Source: Burkholderiaceae bacterium
GTDB taxonomy: Bacteria; Pseudomonadota; Gammaproteobacteria; Burkholderiales; Burkholderiaceae
Assembly (NCBI GenBank): GCA_031538895.1
Contig: JAVKLU010000020.1
Span: 108-64,107, forward strand
Length of the DNA stretch: 64,000 nucleotides
Direction: 5' to 3'
Under the pieces are notes generated by a model that worked only from the letters and a program-made list of their open reading frames with translations, was not told the origin of the DNA and did not search any database. Below are positions 57,959 through 64,000 of the stretch, in pieces. The number at the start of each line of letters is the position of its first letter. Positions within the stretch are counted from its first letter, which is position 1. Both the position numbers and the translations under genes were made by a program.

Positions 57959-59239
57959 ATGACTTCGGAGTCTCAATTTTCTTCAACCCATCTTGATGCA
58001 ATGGGCAAAAAAGCTCGCGCCAGCAGCCAACTGATTGCACGCGCGACGACCGCAACTAAAAATCAATGTCTGCTCAATTTAGCCGCGCTGATCACCAAAA
58101 ATCAGTCAGAAATTTTGGCGGCGAATCAAAAAGATGTTGCGACCGCGCAGCAAGAAGGACTCAGTAATGCGCTTTTAGACCGTTTGAAATTATCCGCCAC
58201 ATCCATTGCGCAAATGAGCGAGGGCTTGATCCAAATCGCCACCTTGGCCGATCCGATTGGCGGCATCAGCGATATGAATTCGCGTCCGTCGGGAATTCAA
58301 GTGGGGCGTATGCGTGTGCCTTTGGGTGTCATCGCAATCATTTACGAAGCGCGCCCCAACGTCACGATTGATGCGGCCGGGCTCTGCATCAAAAGCGGTA
58401 ACGCATGTATTTTGCGTGGCGGGCGAGAAGCGATTTTTTGCAATCATTTTTTAGCGCAGCTGATTGCTCAAGCACTCGACTCCGTCGGCTTACCCGACGA
58501 TGCCGTACAGCTGATTCCCAGTACGGATCGCGAACTGGTGACGCACTTAGTGCAAATGACTCAATACATTGATGTGATTGTGCCTCGCGGCGGCAAGAGC
58601 CTGATCGCGCGTTTAATCGCCGAAGCACGGGTGCCGATGATTAAACATTTGGATGGCATTTGCCACGTTTATATTGATAACGACGCCAACAGTGATATGG
58701 CGGTCAAGATTGCATTCAACGCCAAATGTCACCGTTATGGCACCTGCAACACGATGGAAACCTTGTTGATCGGACGCACGATCGCACCCACGATATTGCC
58801 TTTAATCGCACAAGGCATGGCCCACGAAAAAGTCGAATTACGCGCTGACGACGCCGCTTATGCTTTATTAAAAGGCTATGCGTATTTACGCCACGCGCAA
58901 GATGAGGATTGGGATACTGAATACCTTGCGCCGATATTAGCGATCAAAGTAGTGGATGATTTGGATGCGGCGATAGTTTTTATTAACCAACACGGCTCAA
59001 AACACACCGACAGCATCGTCACCGAAAACTACGGCCACGCGATGCGATTTTTACGCGAAGTCGATTCAGCTTCGGTCATGGTCAACGCCAGCACGCGTTT
59101 TGCCGATGGTTTTGAATATGGTTTAGGCGCGGAAATTGGCATTTCTAACGACAAACTGCACGCGCGCGGCCCGGTCGGTTTAGAAGGTTTGACCAGCTTG
59201 AAATACGTGGTTTTGGGCAATGGAACGGTTCGAGTCTAA
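57959..59239 (+). CDS. proA: glutamate-5-semialdehyde dehydrogenase
   Basis: 426 aa. [14 protein letters not shown], the catalytic Cys context ([12 protein letters not shown]), and HGSKHTD. Confidence 0.9.
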   Translation: MTSESQFSSTHLDAMGKKARASSQLIARATTATKNQCLLNLAALITKNQSEILAANQKDVATAQQEGLSNALLDRLKLSATSIAQMSEGLIQIATLADPIGGISDMNSRPSGIQVGRMRVPLGVIAIIYEARPNVTIDAAGLCIKSGNACILRGGREAIFCNHFLAQLIAQALDSVGLPDDAVQLIPSTDRELVTHLVQMTQYIDVIVPRGGKSLIARLIAEARVPMIKHLDGICHVYIDNDANSDMAVKIAFNAKCHRYGTCNTMETLLIGRTIAPTILPLIAQGMAHEKVELRADDAAYALLKGYAYLRHAQDEDWDTEYLAPILAIKVVDDLDAAIVFINQHGSKHTDSIVTENYGHAMRFLREVDSASVMVNASTRFADGFEYGLGAEIGISNDKLHARGPVGLEGLTSLKYVVLGNGTVRV

Positions 59240-59248
59240 ACGCCTGTA

Positions 59249-59391
59249 GGGCACTTCTATAAATACAGAATGTGCGGATGAAGTGCGAGGCGAACAGCAC
59301 ACAGAAAGCGGAGCGTACCTACAGTACGTGAGGATTTCGCGTACTGCGCAACAACGCAATTCGCCGCAAAAATGAATTGATAGAAGTGCCC
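59249..59391 (+). mobile_element. 143-bp MITE-like element, copy C
   Basis: Same TIRs, flanked by a direct TGTA/TGTA. It begins 10 nt after the proA stop. Confidence 0.75.
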
Positions 59392-59487
59392 TGTAGAATC
59401 TATGCCCATGCACATGAATGGTGTGCTTGATGTGTCCAGTGTGAAATGTATGATTAAATTCGTTTTTTTAATTGATTGGAGAGCTTT

Positions 59488-60099
59488 ATGAACAAAAATC
59501 TTATGAATAAAAGTTATTTATGGTTATTAACCCTGCCAGTATTGGCGGCGTGTTCGGGTAGCGCACCAGTAAAAGAAGAAAAAAAAGTCGCACTGGAACC
59601 GGTTAAAGAATGCGTATTCCCCGGTTCAGAAAAAGCAGCCCCTTTATGGGTTTGCGACGCACCGGTTGATGGGATTGAAGTACAAGCAGTCGGTAGCGCA
59701 CGCAAAACTGCCGCAGGCTTAGACTTTATGAAACAACAAGCGGCCGCATCGGCGCGCGTTCGTTTGGCGCAACAAATGCGCGTTCAAGTACAAAACCAGA
59801 TCAAACAATTTGCTGAAACGACTGGCGCGGGCGATAAAGAAACCGTTGATCAAGTCAACTCCTCAGTCACCAGCCAATTAACCAACGAGAGCATCGTCGG
59901 TAGCAAAGTTTACCGCTCGGTTGAAGGACCTGATGGCACGATTTATGTATTGGTCGGAATCGATCCAGAAAACGCGAAGAAAATTGCCAAAGCGGCGATT
60001 GCAACGAGCATGAACAATGATCAAGCAGCATGGCAAAAACTAAAATCAGACAAAGCACAAACTGATTTAGCTGAAGCGATTGCCGCAACCAAAAAATAA
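59488..60099 (+). CDS. LPP20-family lipoprotein
   Basis: Lipobox LAACSG and an LPP20-like core (…AVGSARKTAAGLDFMKQQAAASARVRLAQQM…). Confidence 0.65.
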   Translation: MNKNLMNKSYLWLLTLPVLAACSGSAPVKEEKKVALEPVKECVFPGSEKAAPLWVCDAPVDGIEVQAVGSARKTAAGLDFMKQQAAASARVRLAQQMRVQVQNQIKQFAETTGAGDKETVDQVNSSVTSQLTNESIVGSKVYRSVEGPDGTIYVLVGIDPENAKKIAKAAIATSMNNDQAAWQKLKSDKAQTDLAEAIAATKK

Positions 60100-60146
60100 G
60101 CTGAACCATCAATTCAGCGGCGTCATTTTGTACAAATGATGATCAT

Positions 60147-60177
60147 AAAAAAGGGCGAGAATTCTCGCCCTTTTTTT
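60147..60177. terminator. bidirectional rho-independent terminator
   Basis: AAAAAA-GGGCGAG-AATT-CTCGCCC-TTTTTTT between convergent genes. Confidence 0.8.
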
Positions 60178-60218
60178 ATTCCTGTGAAGCCCTCTTTATC
60201 GGGCCGCCATATCTGCTC

Positions 60219-60647
60219 TTATGGCGCTTCGTGTACTTCGTAACTGTGCGTGATTTGCGCGACTTGGCTCAACATAATTGATGCGGAACAGTATTTTTCT
60301 TGTGACACTTTGACCGCGTGCGCAACCAAGTGTTCTTTTAGGGCGCGCCCCGTAAGCACAAAGTGAAAGTGAATCTTGGTAAAGATTTTAGGGTCTGTTT
60401 CAGCGCGTTCAGCTTCGCAACGCACTTCACATTGCGTCACTTGTTGATTACTTTTTTTCAGAATCAACACCACGTCATAAGTGGTGCAACCACCCGCACC
60501 GCTGAGCAAAACTTCCATCGGACGCGCCGCCAAATTCCGCCCGCCGCCTTCCGGTGCGCCATCCATATTTAATAAATGCCCTGATCCCGTTTCTGCTGTC
60601 AAGGCCATTCCAGCACTCGCCACCCAATGTATTGTGCTTTTCATCAT
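60219..60647 (-). CDS. OsmC-family protein
   Basis: 142 aa. …P.E.LL.GAGGCTTYDVV.IL.K… and …C.A…S. OsmC/Ohr fold pattern. Confidence 0.75.
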   Translation of the reverse strand: MMKSTIHWVASAGMALTAETGSGHLLNMDGAPEGGGRNLAARPMEVLLSGAGGCTTYDVVLILKKSNQQVTQCEVRCEAERAETDPKIFTKIHFHFVLTGRALKEHLVAHAVKVSQEKYCSASIMLSQVAQITHSYEVHEAP

Positions 60648-60716
60648 CGTTTCTCTTTACTCAAAAATTAGCTTAAAAGTCTCGGTTAATTTTCCATCAT
60701 TTCATTTTTTAAATCA

Positions 60717-61937
60717 TCAACACCACTGACTGCGTAAGTGTGCTAATCGCGCTTGCCACTGCGCCGCCGTACGTTCAGAAGGAATCACGCTATCCCAATC
60801 AATTTTGATGTGCGCCAGATCGTCAATCACATCGGCCCATTTTTGCAAAGCCGACAAACACGCGCTATCAGCTTGATTAAATTGCGCGACACTTAACCAA
60901 ATGGCGACCAATTGACGCCAGCGATCTCGCCGACGCACGGCGTCACAACTGCGCATCACCGCGATCACCATCTCTGGATTCTGCAAATCATGCATCTCGA
61001 GGTTTGGAATAGCACGATGTTTTAGTGCCAACTGCGCGCAATCGAATACGTTCGCTGGCAAACGCCATGCACCAAAATCGTGCACTAAAAATCGCGTGCT
61101 CTGGTCGGACTGGCCGTACAAAACCATTGCCCAAACACTGAATAAATGCACCAGACGGGAATGTGATTGATGCGTTTGAATAGTCTGCGTGGATTGATCG
61201 GCAATCGCATCTTTAGTCTGTTGTGAAATTTTGACGAACTGCGCATTCGCATGGCGAAACAAGGCGTCAAATACGATCGTGGTATTACCCCATAACTGCG
61301 CCGCTTTGGGTAACAACTGCGCCAATGCCCCGACTTGATGCAAGACGTCAAACATTCGTTGCGGCGCGGCTTCTAATAAGCCTTTGCTCAATTCATGCCA
61401 GACTCGTTCCAGCGGCAAATCGACTAACTCACCACGCTGGACTATCACGCGCATTAACTCCGTGGTTTCTGGGGCGACGGAAAAGTCAGAAAATCGTGCC
61501 GCAAAACGCGCCACCCGCAAAACCCGCAAAGGGTCCTCGACAAACGCCGGCGAAACATGACGCAAAATTTTGGCCTGCAAATCCGCCATGCCGCGATAGG
61601 GATCGATGACTTGATTACTGTCTAAAGTCATCGCCATTGCGTTAATCGTCAAATCACGCCGCGCTAAATCGCCCTCTAAAGTGACGCTGGGATCGGTATG
61701 AAAAATAAAACCATGGTAACCCCGGCCATTTTTACGCTCGGTGCGTGCCAAGGCATAGGCCTCTTTGGTGTGCGGATGCAAAAAAACCGGAAAGTCTCGA
61801 CCGACTGGCAAAAATCCCTTGGACCGCATGAGCTCTGGCGTTGCGCCAACGACGACAAAATCTTGATCGCTTGCGCTGATGCCTAAAAAATGATCTCGTA
61901 CCGAACCGCCAACACGATAAATCGTCAATTCGCTCAT
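60717..61937 (-). CDS. cca: CCA-adding tRNA nucleotidyltransferase
   Basis: [11 protein letters not shown]....D.DFVVVG head-domain motif, RDLTINAMA, about 406 aa. Confidence 0.85.
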   Translation of the reverse strand: MSELTIYRVGGSVRDHFLGISASDQDFVVVGATPELMRSKGFLPVGRDFPVFLHPHTKEAYALARTERKNGRGYHGFIFHTDPSVTLEGDLARRDLTINAMAMTLDSNQVIDPYRGMADLQAKILRHVSPAFVEDPLRVLRVARFAARFSDFSVAPETTELMRVIVQRGELVDLPLERVWHELSKGLLEAAPQRMFDVLHQVGALAQLLPKAAQLWGNTTIVFDALFRHANAQFVKISQQTKDAIADQSTQTIQTHQSHSRLVHLFSVWAMVLYGQSDQSTRFLVHDFGAWRLPANVFDCAQLALKHRAIPNLEMHDLQNPEMVIAVMRSCDAVRRRDRWRQLVAIWLSVAQFNQADSACLSALQKWADVIDDLAHIKIDWDSVIPSERTAAQWQARLAHLRSQWC

Positions 61938-63991
61938 ATACCGGCAGGTTTTATGTCACCCAGAACGTCATTTAGAGGAATATTTTTTTGTTCCAACAAT
62001 GCGTCATATACCCAAGCGCTATGGACAACATTTTTCACATAGTCTCGGGTTTCATTAAAAGGAATTGTTTCAACAAAAATGGCACCCTCAACACTTCCGT
62101 CAAAACTGTTTTTCCATTTGTGCGCACGACCAGGCCCCGCGTTATAGGCCGCCGCCGCCAATATCCAAGACCCTGAAAACTGATCCAGCAGCGTTTTAAG
62201 GTAGCGCACGCCTAAACGGACATTAACATCGGGATGTGCCAAAGACTGACGACGAAACGGTATACGGTATTGACGCGCGACTAAGGCCGCGGTCTTTGGC
62301 ATGACTTGCATCAGTCCCCGCGCTCCGGCTGATGAATGCGCACTGGTCACAAAGCGTGATTCTTGGCGCATGATGCCATAGATAAAAGACGTGCTCACAC
62401 CAGCCGATCGCGCCTCAGCACCGACCATTTTTTTAAATGGGACGGGATAGCGCTGCAACCAATCGATATTTTTCTTCGTCCGTAGCGATGCGGCAATACA
62501 GCGATCAATCATATTGCGTTCGCAAGATTGACGTGCCAAGGCCAGTAAATTGGGCTCATCCAAATCGCGCAATAACCAACTCCATTCACTGATCATGTCG
62601 GCATACAAGCCGATAGCCTGCAAAGATTGAATGCGATCTAGGGCCTTAGAAAATCGTGCTTGATCAATCGTAAACGCATCGGACTCAGACAGCTGATTGG
62701 TTCGACTCACCTTTTTATCAAGTGCCAAACGCGCCAAATCTGGATAAAAACCCTGCCCTTGGGCCACTTTTTCCAACAGCTTTTGACGCAGCTCGCTGTC
62801 TTGTCCTAAAGCTCCTAGAGCATAGGCACGCCAATACAACCACGCATTCACATTGCGCAAACTCTCGGGCATCTGCGCAATTGCGCCCAATACGGCGGTC
62901 CAATCACGCCGATGAAGCGCAGCGCGTACACGCCATTCTTGTTGAAATTGGGTCAAGAGCGTATTTTCATTGATTTTTTTCCACCAGATATGTGCGTCTG
63001 CGCTTGCCGTCAAGCTCAAACGCAAAGCCATCACACTGTCAGCTTGACCCTGCATGGCGGCCGGCATCCGATCATAATTGGCGCTTAACCACGCCTGCGC
63101 TTTTTCAGGTTGCGCCCGCGCATAAGCCGTCAGCGCCAGCACGCCGATTGCTTGATTGGCAATCATTCGGTCCAATAAACTTTGCGGATGCGATAACAAT
63201 TGTTTGACTTGACTGGCCTCAAGGCCTAATACAGACAACATTGCCAAAAATTCATCGCTCTGGTTTTGCTCTAAAAAATGCTGCGTCCAAGACCACATTT
63301 CCGAATTGGGCATTTTTTGACGAGAGGACAAGGCTCTTAACAAACTCATACATCCCTGATGGTTTTTTGTAAATTCGCTCATTAGCCCCCGAGTCTCGAC
63401 AAGAACATCGTCATTCGCGCGCAGGCGCACCAACAATTGATAGCACCTCAACTCAATATTGCGCCCATCACGCGCTGGGTCGTATAAAGCCATGAACTGC
63501 GTGTCATCTTGTCGCGTACCCAGAACGCGCATCCAATCTTGAAGCAGGCGTTCGGCCACAAATTCTTTTTGATGCGCGGCGATAAATGCCTGTACTTCAT
63601 CTTTTAGGGCGATTGCATCGCCGTTGCGTAGGCGCACACTTAAATCGTAGTAATTTGCATCTGTGGCAAAAATCGTCTTTTGCAATAAGGGCCGATTCCG
63701 ATGCACCTTGGCATAGTCGTTACGCATCGCGGCATTACGCAATTCAAAAAAAATTCGCCCCGCCGAATCTGCCGCTGTGACCGTCTGATTTGATGACTGT
63801 GTTGAAGCAACTAAGGGTTTAGCCGCTAAGGGTTCGCGCACTTTGGTTCGGCCCCAAGCAGCATGAGTAAAGACATCAAGTCCGACAATAAACAATAATC
63901 CGACACAGCACAATATCAAGCAAGGATAGGTCGCCTTTGTGCGTTTTGATCGCCGCGTCACATTTATCACTAAACCGCAAAAATCGTGCAC
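61934..63991 (-). CDS. slt: soluble lytic murein transglycosylase (Slt70-like)
   Basis: Signal/anchor segment, a long superhelical N-domain, and the C-terminal SLT catalytic motif (…IMRQESRF…[14 protein letters not shown]…AYNAGP.R). Confidence 0.8.
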   Translation of the reverse strand: MHDFCGLVINVTRRSKRTKATYPCLILCCVGLLFIVGLDVFTHAAWGRTKVREPLAAKPLVASTQSSNQTVTAADSAGRIFFELRNAAMRNDYAKVHRNRPLLQKTIFATDANYYDLSVRLRNGDAIALKDEVQAFIAAHQKEFVAERLLQDWMRVLGTRQDDTQFMALYDPARDGRNIELRCYQLLVRLRANDDVLVETRGLMSEFTKNHQGCMSLLRALSSRQKMPNSEMWSWTQHFLEQNQSDEFLAMLSVLGLEASQVKQLLSHPQSLLDRMIANQAIGVLALTAYARAQPEKAQAWLSANYDRMPAAMQGQADSVMALRLSLTASADAHIWWKKINENTLLTQFQQEWRVRAALHRRDWTAVLGAIAQMPESLRNVNAWLYWRAYALGALGQDSELRQKLLEKVAQGQGFYPDLARLALDKKVSRTNQLSESDAFTIDQARFSKALDRIQSLQAIGLYADMISEWSWLLRDLDEPNLLALARQSCERNMIDRCIAASLRTKKNIDWLQRYPVPFKKMVGAEARSAGVSTSFIYGIMRQESRFVTSAHSSAGARGLMQVMPKTAALVARQYRIPFRRQSLAHPDVNVRLGVRYLKTLLDQFSGSWILAAAAYNAGPGRAHKWKNSFDGSVEGAIFVETIPFNETRDYVKNVVHSAWVYDALLEQKNIPLNDVLGDIKPAGI

Positions 63992-64000
63992 AATAGTTTC

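Overview
The window looks like a chromosomal segment from a Gram-negative proteobacterium, possibly betaproteobacterial (low confidence). It is AT-leaning, roughly mid-40s % GC by eye. Most of it is housekeeping: prmC, lolA, an AddAB-like helicase/nuclease pair, gyrA, lysA, edd-eda, the rpsP-rimM-trmD-rplS operon, ppa, murI, pyrF, ycaO, a Liv-type ABC transporter operon with an embedded acyl-CoA synthetase, uvrA, phoU-pstBACS with a Pho box, proA, cca, slt and one tRNA-Ser(CGA). The standout is a visibly GC-richer accessory island of about 8 kb (about 29.2-37.2 kb) between pyrF and ycaO. It carries a brnT/brnA toxin-antitoxin pair, with brnT truncated by a 28-bp tandem duplication. It also carries a complete diversity-generating retroelement (DGR) on the minus strand. 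The DGR order is a 1471-aa lipoprotein with an alpha/beta-hydrolase domain and a C-terminal variable region (VR1), an Avd-like gene, a 117-nt Asn-codon-rich template repeat (TR), a DGR-type reverse transcriptase, and a second small secreted target (VR2) translationally coupled to the RT. TR-VR differences fall almost only on TR adenines. Both VRs are longer than TR by whole codons inside AAC tracts. The large target gene is preceded by a perfect (AAGC)16 tetranucleotide repeat that looks like a slipped-strand phase-variation switch. A 143-bp MITE-like element with terminal inverted repeats and 4-bp target-site duplications occurs three times, including inside the pst operon. Several intergenic tandem repeats are also present. 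All calls are by-eye reading of the sequence and ORF track. No searches were run.
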